Source: Amphiscolops sp. MND2022
Taxonomy: Eukaryota
Length of the DNA: 64,000 nucleotides
Reading direction: 5' to 3'
Assembly (NCBI GenBank): GCA_964187785.1
Contig: OZ076409.1
Location: 77,936,001 to 78,000,000, forward strand
Each line of letters starts with the position of its first letter. Positions within the stretch are counted from its first letter, which is position 1. Made by a program: the position numbers and the translations under genes. This document shows positions 1 to 13,815 of the stretch, one piece after another. The notes under the pieces were generated by a model that saw nothing but the letters and a program-made list of their open reading frames with translations, searched no databases and was not told the origin of the DNA.

Positions 1-2100
1 TCGAGCAGCTCGAAAACCTTTGCAATTTTTGGGCATTCTGGAAAATTTCCATTCCTCAAGCATTCATTGAAAGGTTTAGAGTGATGCTCTTCTACCACTG
101 GTGAGAAACATTTGAGTATTTCAATGCTAAAACCATCAGATCCAGAACTTTTTTCATTTTTGATTATCTTTTTAATTTATGCTATTCCTTCAGGACTAGT
201 ATCATTCAAAGCCATTGTCTTGTCAAAACATGATAGATCAATGGTATGATTTGGTTTTGGTACTTGCCGGTAGAGTTTAGAAGCTATAGAAGTGAAAAAT
301 TTGTTCAACTCATCAACATCTGTTTTCAAATTTCGTGATCCATTGCTGCACGTTTGGCATTTCAATGTTTCATACATTGTTCTAATAGGTGGACATAATC
401 CATGTTTTTTGAAAGTAGATTTTAGCTTCTTTTTTGCATTCCGTAATACTGAAGTGCTGAAGTGACTATACTGCGTAGTTTTTTATATGTGTTCCTACCA
501 TAGTCACTGGGATGCGACACCCAGTTTTACGAACGCTCATCGCGTTTCGTCCCGGCATTTTTAACTTTGTTTGTGACCCATTCACGTCCATTGTTTTGTG
601 AGTTAGTAATTTTTTCTGGTGGGAAGCGATCAACACATTCAATTATCGATCGTCCGATTTTCTCCGTTTGGATTATCTCTGAAGTGTATCTGTTTAATTG
701 TTTGATGTAACAAATCTAACTAAATGCATTTTTTCCTTTTATTCCAAGGAAGTCCGTTTTCGAAGTGAGGGTTTGTTATTCCATCTGTTGATAGAGATAT
801 CTCAAAAAAACACTAACATGATCATTAATTGTTGTGGGAATTGTCTGAGTTGGCGTTTGGAAGCTTGTGATGAAATTATCCAAATAAGTGGTTCAAGATA
901 TTAGAGTCACCAAAGAGAACAGTATCATGTTTTAGGCTTCTCAAAAAATGATGATATTTCTCCAAACTGCGGCAAAAAGTATTTTAGCTTCTGACTCAGA
1001 AACCTTTAAACATTACAAAGTACAATAATTGGTTGATGCCGACATCCGTCTCCGTTACAAGACATTAGATTTTTATTTCAAAGGAATGGTTTCAAACCGA
1101 TTTTTGAACAAAAGAGGACACACCGCTTTGCTCTTGGACTGAGGTGCGGGGTTCCGACTAAAAACGATGATATCCTGGGAGAGTTATTTAGTAAAGGGAT
1201 TCATTTTGGGTGAGCCATGTTTCAGTCAAAACTATGACTCTTGACTTCGTTGACAAGTTTTCTATCTCAATGATCAAAACATCATGATAAAATGGCAATG
1301 ATTGAAACGGAAGGCATAGTGAACAAATGTTAGGTTCGTTAATGAACGCTGCACTTGATTGATTAATGATAGAAACATAAAGATCCCACAAGAAAACTGA
1401 GAGATTGCGTTTGTTTGATAGAAACGCGATAGCTGATACCAACAACTTAATTACTAGCTCTCAGCTTCCATTGAAAAAGTTTTGTTATTTACCGAAAACA
1501 AATTATCGCTTTTTAAGCTATCGCTTTACTATATATATCTCGGGTATTTTGGTCTTTTGATTTTTCGTTATTGGTGACTACATCTGATCCATGGCTAAAA
1601 GTTCGTTTTGTTTTATTGGAATGTTCCTTCTGCCGTTGAACCGCTCGTGGAGATAAGTTTTTTACCATTTGCGAATTGTTGATTCCAATAGACTGTACTT
1701 GGTTGTTTTTCTTCTTCACAAACACACCTTCACAAACGACGAACTTCAGAATTACGAGTTGCAGTATGCCACTTAAGCTCTGAAACTTCTATCTGGATGT
1801 CTTTTTCAAATTTTGGCGAACGCTCTTCAATGAATATGGGCCTTCTGTTAAGAAAGTTTGTTGAGCCACCCAGCAAAGTTCGTCGAAAAAACGCCTCATT
1901 TGTCACTTTGAAGTAGACAAGTTTGATTATGATACGCGCTAAATGAATACCTTTTTGTTTCCCCAAGGGATGACAAGCATTGAAAAAACGCCTCATTTGT
2001 CACTTTGAAGTAGACAAGTTTGATTATGATACGCGCTAAATGAATACCTTTTTGTTTCCTCAAGGGATGACAAGCATTGTCTTGGTAACAATGCGTTTCT
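1..2100 (-). mobile_element. Degenerate CR1/L2/Crack-group non-LTR retrotransposon (ORF1 remnant, APE endonuclease, start of RT); runs off window start
   Basis: Minus-strand fragments: VIVLTETWL (APE motif, ORF 1188-1445), DELNKFFTSIASKL (177-377), KSSGSDGFSIEILK...FNECLRNGNFPECPKIAK (about 15-155, RT domain 0), ORF1-like ACHPLGK...IIIKLVYFK (1730-1996). Many stops and frameshifts. Confidence 0.8.
1885..2079. repeat. 97-bp direct tandem duplication within LINE ORF1
   Basis: gaaaaaacgcctcatttgtcac...gatgacaagcatt occurs at 1885 and again at 1982, nearly identical. Confidence 0.95.
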
Positions 2101-2674
2101 ATATCTCATAATAAATTCAACATAAATCATGTAAGTTCAGCTTTCATTGTTTTTCGGAAACAAAATATCAACTTTAAAAAATTGAATTCTATATGTTTAA
2201 AGGAATTTTTTTGGTCCCATGTAGTAGTGGTTCTTATGTATTTTAACGTGGAATTGCGCTCGTGATTTTATACTTAGTTGGGACCAATAAACCGCCACTG
2301 CAATTCGTTCGAGTTGCACTACTATGGGCATTATCGGAATGCGACCATGGGACTACAGCTTGATCAATACTCCGTCACTGCCACAGAGGACTGAGCCGCC
2401 ATTAACATTTGGAAACGAACAATAAACTGGTAAATTGTGGTTATAAAATATCACTGATTCGAACAACAACAAGAAAATACTCACAAACTTTTGTCATTTT
2501 TGGTGTGTCATTCGAGCCTATGTGCTTCCGAAAGTTCAACTACCTGTTATGTAAAAATCTAACGGCCTAATCAATCCGTCACTAATCAATTTATTCATAA
2601 TCTCAATAATCCTACACAAATTTTTAAAATTGAGCTCTTTTTTCATGAAACAAATGAGCATGAAAAGAAATTAA

Positions 2675-2847
2675 TTGATTCTCAGATGTTGAGAAATGAA
2701 AATTTGCTTTGCGTTTTTTCGTCTTTCTGTTGTTTCGCTTTTTGTGCGATATCACAAATCCTTATACACATCACAAATACACAATATTCCCTAAAACGAC
2801 GAAAAAACACACAAACGAATTTTTACTTCTCAATATCTGAGAGTCAA
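2675..2847. mobile_element. Short fold-back element / MITE with ~50-bp imperfect inverted repeats
   Basis: Left ttgattctcagatgttgagaaatgaaaatttg...ttttttcgtc is the approximate reverse complement of right gacgaaaaaacac...ttctcaatatctgagagtcaa. No clear TSD. Confidence 0.6.
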
Positions 2848-4607
2848 ACGACTCTCTGAAAACAGTTTTGATGCCAATATTTTTTCCTCAGCTTCGGTAA
2901 AATGCATATTTTCCAACTAGACCTTGGTACCACAAAGCTAAAGACAACTAACATCACAGGCGAAAACTTTAATAGAGCATTTTATTAGGACATGCATTTA
3001 ACGCAAAAGACCAGGGACAAAAAGTTTCTCAGATTTTTACCAGAATTACATCGACATCTTTTGTTATGGAATTGGATGAAAAGACAGAAAGTTATGAAAT
3101 GGTTTTTGCGGAATTATGGAATTTTTTGAGATTTATTACGCCACATCTAAAAAAAACTATTTGTCAGAAACAAAAACTAGTGGTCGAATTTTTACCGATT
3201 GAATTTATGAAATTTTTTTGCGATTTGTCTGCGAAATCGAGTCTTTAGTTTTTTTGGTGGTATCACAGTGGATCATATATCTGGCGTGTAACCATGAAAC
3301 TAAAGAAAGTAACAAAGTCCCCATCATGATCCGAATCAAATAGAATTTATGCTTATTATCATCCTTGGAATTCAATCATAGCTATACTTTGAAATCGTTT
3401 CCAGAATATGATACTTAATATGTTTTGTTCTTTCTAGGCGATATACAACTACACTCTCGAGGCATTTCATTGGCATGACAAACAACCTAGAAGAAAGCGA
3501 ACTTCAACAAAGTGTCTTGGAATTACGTTGATCTAATTTTTAATTGATTTGTACACCAACTTCTACTAATCGATAATGTCGAATAATGAGACTACATGTA
3601 CTTCCATTGTCTGACGTCACAAAATGTCACCTTCGAAAAACCACCGAGCATCAGAACGTTCACACGCATACTGAAGAAAAATAAAAAAATTATGATTAAA
3701 CACATTTTGTGATGCACAATTTTTGACCAATCAACTAACAAATAAATTCAATTGCTGTAAGTTTTTTGTTCTATTCTAACTAATCGAATAGTAATAGAGG
3801 TTATAGTAAAATCAACATGATATTTAATTGACGCCCTTTCTAAGATTAGCATGTCTGATTTTCCGAAAGTATGAAATTGAAAGAGGCCTCTTTTATAATA
3901 ATAATGTAACATTTTAGGATCAATTAGTCAAGATATGTTTTCGTTGGAAATGCAGTAGGTCGAAAATGCAATAATATCAAATTGGGAGTAATTGAAATAG
4001 CAACGGTTGAAATATCATATGTCGAAATTGCATGGGATGAAATGTCCTGTAAGCGCCTTGCCCACAGCAAGACTTCCACAATATATTCACAATATGCGAC
4101 GGATGGACATCATCAAAACACTATTCCGTTATCTTTGCATCTTATATGTCTATAGAAAAGAAAAAATGCAAAGTCCGCGTCAAACTATATCATCATTTAT
4201 TGACCAAACAACTTTCAAAGAGGTCACCCCTAAGACTCGGAAAACGGTTTTCCTCAAAAGAAAACATCTAAAAACCAAAAGTTAGGTGAGAACAAATTTC
4301 GGTATGTTGTTCAGTGCCAAACAATCTTGAGGGGCCTGTATATAAAAAAAACTATCTCTGCAAAAAATCAAGGCTCATTAGTTGGAGGATCCTATGGTAC
4401 CTTCTGTACTTTTGCAATCATTAAAAAGTGAAATAGCGCGCGATTCGAACCCACGTGCATTCAAGGAACTCACTCACCACGTGGAGAAAGTCGTAGTAAA
4501 CTCGATGCCAATGTTTATATGAATTTAAGTGTTTAGGTTTATAGCAGGCCCTGAAGGAGGCAAAAAAGTTTTTAAAATCATTCTAGTATCATTCTAGTAA
4601 CGAAAAG

Positions 4608-5201
4608 AACAAGTCGGAAACGGCATAAGTTGGCGCCATATGTAAGGCTCAAAAATAGCACAAGGACTCCGAAGTGTCAAGTATTTTCTTCTACAGTACC
4701 TGAAAAACTCAGTAGAAAAAAACTATAGTGCCCTGAAAAATGTTCAAGCGAAATCGCGAGCCTTTCGGATTTCTTAACATCCATTCTGTTGCAAAGTATC
4801 AAAAAAATTGAAGGGGGACACTTCGGAGAGAAAGAGAAGAACAACTGAAAAAAGAGAAACTTGAATAGTCTCGTAGTGCCGAAAATTATTAAAGCGGGGA
4901 TCTTCTAGGATTTTTCAACCTTCATTTTGTTGCAAAATATCAAAAAAGAGGACCCTTTGGAGAAAAAACTGTTCAAAAAAAGTCTCACAAGGCAGAAAAA
5001 ACCTGAAAGCTGGACCTTGTCGTCTCACCCGGTATTGTAAGAAGGAACAAATTTTATAGCTCAGTTTCTTGGGCCAAATGGTCAATTTTTTCACCTTAAA
5101 GTTTCAAAGAATTTTATAGGTCTGTTTTGGTCAGCTCGCGTGGATTGAAACAAAAGCCAATAGCATAGTCGCGTTTCACTTCATGAAGCGCCGACTAAAA
5201 A
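4608..5201 (-). mobile_element. Helentron-associated non-autonomous element (HINE/DINE-1-like), copy D
   Basis: Reverse complement of the family at 14609-16039: gcgccgact at 5188-5196 (5' subTIR on minus) and aacaagtcggaaacggcataagttggcgccatat at 4608 (3' hairpin and subTIR). Confidence 0.7.
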
Positions 5202-5512
5202 CAACAAGGAAATCGTAACATGCCTATGGAAATACGTACACGAAATTTTTGAGCTCACGGATGCTGCAAATCTGTAACTGACAAATTGGGAACAAAAGAT
5301 GAAAAAACGTGACATATATGAAACTCTTTTAGTTGAGCTCTTGAAAGCAAAGAAACGGAAACAGAGTTTTTACATGAATATCGCCTGAATGACTGGAACT
5401 TCTATTGTTTGCAAACGACTTTTCAGCTCCGGGAAGTTTGCAATTAGGTTACTCGGACAACAAAAAACACATTTGCACTTTAAAAGTGCGCGCTTCCTGA
5501 ACGTTTCTGAAA

Positions 5513-5578
5513 TGTTGCTGCTATTGTTGTTGTTGCTGCTGTTGTTGTTGTTTTTGCTGTTGTGGTTGTTGTTGTTGT
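5513..5578. repeat. Imperfect (TTG)n microsatellite
   Basis: tgttgctgctattgttgttgttgctgctgttgttgttg... directly visible. Confidence 0.95.
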
Positions 5579-6161
5579 AGAGGATTTTGAACAATGTCTG
5601 CCAATATTCTTCTCGCCATCTATCTGCATTATCCACACGTGCTGACCGTTGACTATGTGCACAGGTTGTTTTCGTCGAACTGCTTTTCAAAAGCCACCCA
5701 CATTTCGTAGAACTGTTCCTAAAACCAAGTGCGTTGCTAATCAAAAAACACTTATTGACTTTATTAACAATTTGGAGGTTTCTGAAAAAGAAATCACTGC
5801 AACTTTTCCAGGTCCGGGGTGTCTCCGATTGATCGTTCATAGATCTGCGTGCGCTACCAATCTTTTTGGTGTGTATGTCCAGAGTGTGCGCCAGATTCCA
5901 ATAAGTGATTGAAACAAAAAGGAAATTTTTCAACTACAAAAACATTGATAGCAATAAAATGTTTAATAGTCTCAAACACTTCGCGTAACTAGTGTGCTTG
6001 TTGACATTCATCCTTGTCACATTTTTTGGAACTGTTGGTTCCAGTCAATTGCAAGACGAAATAAAAAGAATTTCAGACGTGACTGATGAAACGTATAACT
6101 CAAAACATTGAATAATTTTGGCAAGATTTTAGAGGAAAGTTACAAGTTTCAGCACAAAAAG

Positions 6162-6940
6162 TGTTGACCAAGATAACACCACCCGAGGAACCGCGTATTC
6201 AATCATCGCGGAAATTGGCACACATACACTGGTGGTGCTTTTCAGTCCGAACTTTTCGGTCTACGTTCCCAACACTGTATCTATCCTGGGTTCCGAGCAA
6301 TTAACACACAAAGTGACCTGGGTTAGACCCCATGAAAACCCAATTTTGATACATCAATTACGATGTGAGTTTCTCTTATGACCTTGAAGGAAATGTAACG
6401 TTGGTGAAAGAGATAGTATTTACATTGTGTAAACAAGCTTTCTAACCCAACTACTTATCTTACCAAAATCACCATATAGTTTGCTCACTTAGCCAAAACT
6501 TTCCAATTATGCTTTCATTGTCATTTATTTATACTCACTTATACTTGCTACATATTCACAGTGGAATTGTGAACAACAATTATAGAATTGATAGACAGAG
6601 ATTTCCACAATCGAACAGCTATAGTCAGGTGAGGTCTCAGAACCACGAGATTAATCATCGTTCCACATCGTTACAATTTTTCGCTAGAGTCAGAACGAAC
6701 AAGTAGCTACTCTTATAATAGTTGAAGAGACAGAGCGCGTAAAGATTCAGAGCGGGAAGTTTGTGACGGATCACAGCACATCCAACCCAGTGAAAAATGG
6801 GATCATTATGAGATTCCACGTAATACATCGGACCCATCAGCCAAAAGATACAGTCCCTTAAAACAAGAAAACACGGAATATTGAGTACCGGTCTACAGTA
6901 CTAAGCAATGAATCAGGGCGGCATAAAACTTGTTAAACCT
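6162..6940 (+). mobile_element. Diverged BEL/Pao LTR (solo or truncated), same family as LTRs at 17428/20449/25323, opposite orientation
   Basis: Begins TGTTG at 6162. Reverse complement of 6600-6940 reads aagttttatgccgccctgattcattgcttagtactgtagaccg...gagtagctac...tctgactctagcga, colinear with LTR text at 17460-17720. Confidence 0.8.
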
Positions 6941-7129
6941 TAAATTTTTTTTGGCAATGCGTGAGCTAATTAAATGTTTTTGAATACTCGAACGATCTAT
7001 CTCGCAATTTTTTGCTATCAAGTTTTCGGGTTTAAAAAAACTTGGTTTCTTCGGTGAGCAATGAATCTTTCGAAAACCACTCTTTTCTGGGTTTTCAGTT
7101 TGTGGATCCGGTTTGATGACCTGGATTTT

Positions 7130-8900
7130 TCCAGGGAGGCGTTTCATGTTGATGCTTTTTCTCAATGGCACGCACTCACGTGTTATGTTTCCAATGTACT
7201 GACAGAGCTCAGAGGAAATTATGTCAATGCTTTTGACAGACTGGGCTGAAAGGATGCTTTTTCATAAGGTCAGCCCTTTTGGTAAAATCCTGTAGCTTCA
7301 ATACTTTTCATACGGAGAAGTGTGTTGGCTGTGCGAGCTTTCGAGTCTCATTTTGGTTTGCAATGTTGTAGACACATGAGAAGTCTTCGTCATTTCGAGC
7401 CAAGCTTTTGCAGCAGTTCCTGTGAATAAACCAAGACAAACGTAGTGTTGGAACAAATGGAAAAGTCAACTAACTGTCTGGAGCAAGTGGTGACCAATTC
7501 GACCAATGACGTGTTTTTGTAGTCGTTACAGCTGCATGACGTTTTCCAGTTTATCGTTGGCCAATTCATGTCACCTCAGAGTTGTAGCGGTACTGACTTA
7601 TGGAAAATTGGATCAATTTTTCATTCAAAGTTGGCAATTTTGTCAAGGTATTTGCTATCATCCTGTCGGTTGCAGAGAATGCAAAAGACGAACTTTAGTT
7701 GTCGACTGCTTTGGGGATGCAACGAAGCAGTCCGCAAGTTTTTGGTCCATTTTTTGTATAGAAGAGTGATTTCACTGCAACTAAAGAACGTCCCTGAGCG
7801 GAGAATTTTGTACTGGACGGTTCTTCTGTTGGTAAGAGTTTGTACTCTTATAGTTTTTCAACGTTTGCATCCAGCCAAGATGACATTATACTGGTTCAAA
7901 ATTACTACATACTAAGGATTTGTTTCCTTTTTGCCTTCCAAGGGTTTTGAGATTTCAGTAGGAGCTTGTCCATGTAAAATAGTCAGTCTGTTTTCTCTTC
8001 ACCAATCAGTAGGCCTTTCTCCCCTTGAAAAGGTCGAATTTCCAAGTTTTCAGTTTCTCCGGCAATACGCTGTCTTTTATGAGTTCCTCAGCTTCGTTAA
8101 ACTTTGATTTCTTGTCTTTGCGTCTTTTCTCAACAAGTCTGTTAGTTCATTTCATTTTCAATTTTTTGCGCTAGTATCAGGCGTACTTCATTTTCTGTGT
8201 TGAAAATAGCTAGGACAGTTTTCGATTTCTTTCTGTCACTGTCGAACAGTCCAAGTCTCCTCAACTCCTTGACTTTCGTGTCACCGCCAAATTTGTTGAG
8301 TATTTCGTTCACATTTTCAATTGTTGGGACAAGGTTTTCGTGACTCCTCTAGTCAAGATCCTCGGAGTACTGTGATTCTCAGACTTGATGGGATGTTGTG
8401 GTTTGATATTTTGTTTTTGGTTTGGCACCGACAAAGATCATTTGTAGAAGTTGTCACAGCATATTAACCGCTATTTCGCAATCTCTGTTTTGAAATTCTC
8501 TATACGAGACCATTAATGCTTCTCCAACTCTTTTGCCAATCAAGGAAGTTAGTTCCTCCTCCAATGACTCCAATTTGTATTCAAAATTAGGGGCTTCACT
8601 AGCTCATTCGCCTTGCCATTTGTCCACCATTTAATGTGTTGTCGCATCCGTCACCTTCAATGCAGGCGTTGTTTAGTGACATGCAACTCAGGCTGAGTTC
8701 TTTCTCAGAACTCCATTTCTAGCTACGGTTGTTAAGCCAGTACACCAAGGTCCACGTTGTCCGAAGCGCAAACATCAAAAACAGGGATACGTTTTCTAAT
8801 TTTGGGTGATTTTGCGTTTCCAAAGTTTTTCGTTTTACAAGCTGTTTGGGTCCGGCACACACAACTGAATCTGTGATCCATTTAAACAAAAAAAACTCAC
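7130..8900 (-). mobile_element. Degenerate CR1-group LINE relic (ORF1 C-terminus and APE endonuclease)
   Basis: Minus strand reads GDMNWPTINWK (GDFNxPxIxW-type APE motif, about 7545-7575) and GSLVAVKS-like motif (about 7765-7795), with a basic ORF1-like tail at about 8050-8150. Boundaries approximate. Confidence 0.6.
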
Positions 8901-9587
8901 ATCAAAAACCTCAGACAATCTTATCCAATGGGTGGTTCACTTGTTCTTCTTTGCTCCCCGTTCGTAGAAAATGGTTACAACTTCTTGGAAGGAGAGACCA
9001 GCGACAGGATTCCCGTACATATTGATTAGTATCAAGCGTTGCAGTGGAAAATGGGTTTTTCAACAGAATTTTTCCCGTGTTTGTTCCATACGAGAGAAAG
9101 TAGGTTTTGTTTTCAATCCGTCCTTCTTATGACTAATTCATATGATTAATCATTTAATTTCATGGAATGTTCATTGGTTCGGTTTCTACTTCTCGAGTAA
9201 GTTTGTAAGAAATGCAGCTCTATTAATAGTTTTATTTTAACCTCAGTAACTAAACAAATAGTAACTGAAAGAACCAAGAACAGTGGCTCCCCACAAAACG
9301 CTGTCCGAAAGACTACAGACAACACAGGAGAACCCACTGTTTACCCCATTAAAACTTATTTATTCTTCAAATTTCAAACCTTTTTAAATCTTTGCAAAAC
9401 CCAATATAGGCGTCGTTCACTTAATTACTCCTACTGACACAAGCCGAGCTTTCGTTCATTTCATTTTTTCAAGCATACAGGATGTTTCAGAGCATAATTT
9501 TCATATAATTTAGCGCTTAGTTATCGTTTTTTAAATTTTCTGCCACGTGTTAAATTTTTTGTCTGCTGCACATCAGGGCATTGTCAC

Positions 9588-12500
9588 TTGACATTATACG
9601 GAAGTAGAATTGTTACTAGGTTAGGAACTAACAACTATATCGTAGCAAGATGTTATCTTAAGAAGTTAGAACGAGCTGAAAACAGCCTCAAAGCTACATT
9701 CCTTCAATTACAAATTTACACGAAACGTACCAATGTCTGTTGGGGTTTGAAGCTCTTGACAATGTCATTTATGAAAAAAAAAACAGAATTGAATGACAGA
9801 AATAGTGACAATGCAGTCAATATAAATCGTTTATCCAAAAAGTTAGGCTATGAGTTTTCTCTTTCAAGTACAAGCTCCTTCCAAAGCACAGATGAACCAG
9901 GCTTGAATTTACCAAAGATATGTTTACCAACGTTTTCTGGGAATTATACAGACTGGATGAGTTTCATAGATGTTTTTCAAGGTTGTTCTGTTGAAACAAC
10001 TTCATTGTTAAGCATTTCACAGAAGTTAACATATATAACAGACAGCTTGGAAAGTGATGCAGACAAACTTTCATCCTCTGTCACAATAAATAATTCCAGT
10101 TATGAATTAGCAAAAAAATCTAGAGGACGTTATTCGAATCAAAATTGAATCTTTCCTGCACACGTCAAAAAAATCTTTGTGAATAATCCTTATCAAGGGA
10201 CAAAAAATAATTCAAATCACTGAAATTGTTAACTGAATCAGTCGAAGTAGAAAGATTAGTTTTCACCAAACTGGCTCATAATGTTGACGAAGAAGATCTT
10301 TACATAGCTGTTGAAAAGCTGAGGCCTGTAACAGAACCAGAATGGGAGTTTGCAACTCCTGGTACTATCCAACAAATGTTTAATTAGTTAAAAGTGTTTT
10401 TAGATAACATACGCCGCGTCTAGAAGCTTCCAAAAGTGTATATAGGAGTCAAAAAGGCAAAAAGGCAAAAGAGAGATTGAAAAAACACCTGAAAATGCTA
10501 ATACAACTTAACCAACAACACAAGTGTCTACAGCAAGTGCAGTCATTCAAGTCGTTGGCGATGGTGTTATAGTCGCATGCTGTGCTCTTTTCGATACTGG
10601 AGCACAAGCATTTTTCAGCACAGAGCATTGTGCAAGCAAATTGAATCTCAAACAGGAATATTCGAACGTAAACGTAAATGTAACTGGCTGAAATGTGAAG
10701 TTCTCAAATCCCTTAGTGTTTATTTCATTGTTAAATCTTCTGAAGCAAGTGGTAGTTCGAAAGTTCTAGTACTTCGAAGGTTGACTGGAATCCTTCCTAA
10801 TCAAACCATCCTGAAGAATGGGTCATGAAAAATTCGAGCATTGGAACAGATCAAGAAATGGCAGATCAAGAATTTCACAGAGCAGGTCCTATAGACATTA
10901 TTCTTTGAGCAGAAGTTGACGAAAAAACTATGGTCGAGAAAAAAGATCAAATTACTAACTCTTTACAAACTTTAGAAGAGGTTTCATTGGATCCATACTT
11001 TCGTAAAGTACCCCAAGCAAAACTTTACAATTTTTTCTTGTTGAAAAAAGTCCTTCACATTTAAAAAATGGCAATCAGAAGACAAGACGTACCTCAACAA
11101 GATACAAAAAATCAGAGAAGAAAATCTTTGTGAATATCACTTCTCTCAGACTCGCAGGGATGAATATGGTGGTTTTGTTGTAAAGTTGTTATTCCGAGAA
11201 AACACTTCGAAGTTGGGTGGTGCATTAGCAATGCTCAAAAACAACTTGTGAATGTGGAGATAAACCTCATTGAGCACAACGACTTCAAAGCAATATTCCA
11301 TTTTTTAAAATCGAATATATCGATTTGGGTCATATGGAAGAAGTGCCAAAATAACAAAACCGAGATTTCTTCAGAACAATCTTGTTACCCACGGGATCAT
11401 TGCGTTCCGAAAGATAGCGTAATAAAACGACTAAATTGAAAGTAGTTTTTGATGCTTATGTTAAAACGTCAACAGGAACCTCTTTGAGCGTTTTGATGGT
11501 TGGTCCGGAAATTCAGAACGATCTTTTTGCAATACTTTTTCAATTCCAGTTTTCTCTGTAGATAATGCAAAGACGTATCGACAATTTATCTTAGACGAAG
11601 AAACAAAGTTTGTCATAAAATACTTTGACGCGAGAGTATCACAGAGCTAATGAAATATTCCAGAACCACGAGTGTCACTTACGGTCTTGTTGCTTTGTCG
11701 TAGCATTCAATTTGAGCTCTTTTTGTTATTGAAGCGTTAGGTGACACACTCATTAGCACAGTAATCAAAAATTATCTGAACTTGGACAACCTTCATAAGA
11801 TTTTATTTTCCTTGGATTTCATTTTCCAAGTTCAAAAAGACCTAACTGCTGCTTTCATTTACGCAAATGGACATCGAACAAATCAGAACTCATCAAATTT
11901 TAAGAAACGTATTATCGCGAGTCCGATGGTGATTCAGGTTCCGAAAGTACAGACAACATCGTTACGACTCTCGGAGCATCTGTTTTTCAATTCGAAATCA
12001 CAATTGCGAAAAACATCTTGGGAACGAAACGAGCTGTTCTTTCCGAAATGAATCGTTATTTGATCCACTGGCTTGGATGGCGCCCATAACAATCACATTG
12101 AAAGCTTTTATGCAAAGTTTGTGGAATTTTGTCTTTACCTGGGATACAGCTTTACCTAGTCAAATTAACAGAAGTTAACGATCCTTCAAGTCAAATTTGA
12201 AACTTTTTGCAATATTTTCTAGTGGATTGCAGGTTATTCAAGAAATATTCACGGATGATTTTGTTCATAACTTTTGCTATGCCTGAGAAAAGGCAAATGC
12301 AGCTTGTATTTACATAAAAACAGTTACTGGGTAAAATAATAGAGTCAAAAACTCGAATTGCTCCATTTAAATGTCTAAGCATTACCAGATTGGATCTCTG
12401 CGCAGCTTTATAGGGACAACTTTGGTTGAAGCTGTCAAAAAACCTTTATCGGATCCGCATTCCATGGAATGAATATTTTGCGTGCTCGGATTCAACAGTA

Positions 12501-13680
12501 GTTTTATCCTGGCTCGCTCAACCTCCTGAAAAGTGGAAAATATTTGTTGGTAACAAAGTTAGCAAAATACAAGACAATTTGCCCGATCCTTGTTGGACGG
12601 AAATGTTTACCACTGAAAACACCGCTGATTGTACATCCCGTGGTATGATGGAAAACGAGATTGAAAAGACGTTTCTGTGGTGGAAGGGTCTTCCTTGGTT
12701 GGCGCCAGACGAAAATGGTTGGTTTTCCTTATTTGACGGCTGTTGCAAGAGTTTCCATGTTCAAAAGATTGCCCCGAGAAGGAAGAAAAAGTTCAACTCA
12801 ATACTACAAAAATGAACTTTGACCAGAACTTGATTGAAGTCAGCTATTTTTGTAGTTTGTTTAAAAAGTTAGCGAGTCGCAGCTTGAGCATGAAAGTTGT
12901 CAAATTTTTGAAAGAAGAAAAAACAGAAATGGTTGTATCATCAAGTGATTTGATTATGCCGCACTACTCCTAATCAACCTTATCACTCCTTATCAACCTT
13001 AATCAATCAACTTTACCAGAGTTGAAGAAGTATCCAGTTTCAATACCCCGCAACTCTCTTTTATTGTCTGTACTATTTTTATATTACCATGAAAAAAGGC
13101 TCCATGGAGGCCATCAAGAGAGACTACTCACAATAAAACAGAAATTTTGGATATCTCGACCAAAAACAAAGTTTAACAAGTAATTAATAAGTGTGTTACT
13201 TGTGCACGTTTGTGTTCAAAGTTGTCACCGCCAATCAACTAGGAACCATTTGGTTCATTTTTACCAGCTCGAGCACCTCAATTCGGTTGCCTTTGGGAGG
13301 CTGGTAATCAATCATTGAAGCACCATCTCCGCAGGACATTGAAAACTAACACATTTCTTTTAGAAAAGGTCTTGACTCTCCTCGCGCAATTTGAGATCAT
13401 TTTCAATTCAAGGCCCCTAGTACCATCATCAGATGATCCGAATGACATGACTTTTTTAGAACCGGTGCAACTTCGTGTGTTCGGACCTCTTTTTGTTTCT
13501 TTATTGTGGTCACCGAAACATTCAAAACACAAAAAAGTAACTTTGAAATTCCTGCAACAACCGGACACAATGAAGGAAAGTTCTTCATCCATTTGGAAAC
13601 ATGACAATCTAACATCACTACAACCTCGAAACATTTGGCAGAAAAATTATTTTGTAGCTGTTCAAAAATTGGGGTATTGA
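9588..13680 (+). mobile_element. Decayed BEL/Pao LTR retrotransposon internal region (gag DUF1759, protease, RT, RNase H/peptidase A17, integrase)
   Basis: LPKICLPTFSGNYTDWMSFIDVF (DUF1759-type), SDSTVVLSWL...WKIFVGNKVSKIQ, NTADCTSRG...LWWKGLPWL, GCLWEAG, IIFNSRPLVPSSDDPND are BEL pol signatures. Heavily frameshifted; no LTR pair seen. Confidence 0.9.
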
Positions 13681-13747
13681 GAGATCGAAATTTTTTGTGA
13701 TCGAAAAGCGAGATTGAAAATAAATCGAACATTTTGAGATCGAATTT

Positions 13748-13815
13748 TTCCGTTCCCTCTAGGTCTTTGCTCCTGTTCGAACTCGCTTAGCAAGATGGAA
13801 ACATAAGCGGCCCCT
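13748..13815 (+). repeat. Dispersed repeat core B, fragment
   Basis: ttccgttccctctaggtctttgctcctgttcgaactcgcttagcaagatggaaacataagcggcccc matches 16760-16825, 60960-61030 and, inverted, 38690-38760. Confidence 0.8.

Noticed and set aside
2880..3600. Possible small host exons after ag acceptors (about 2891, 3438)
   Set aside because: Frames contain stops and give no recognisable protein; not supportable.
5370..5933. ORFs with poly-N/L/T tracts and an 87-aa plus ORF
   Set aside because: Driven by the (TTG)n microsatellite; no recognisable domain.
6170..6850. Apparent host exons (open frame ending at gtgagt near 6365)
   Set aside because: The region is colinear with the BEL LTR family in reverse, so it is LTR sequence.
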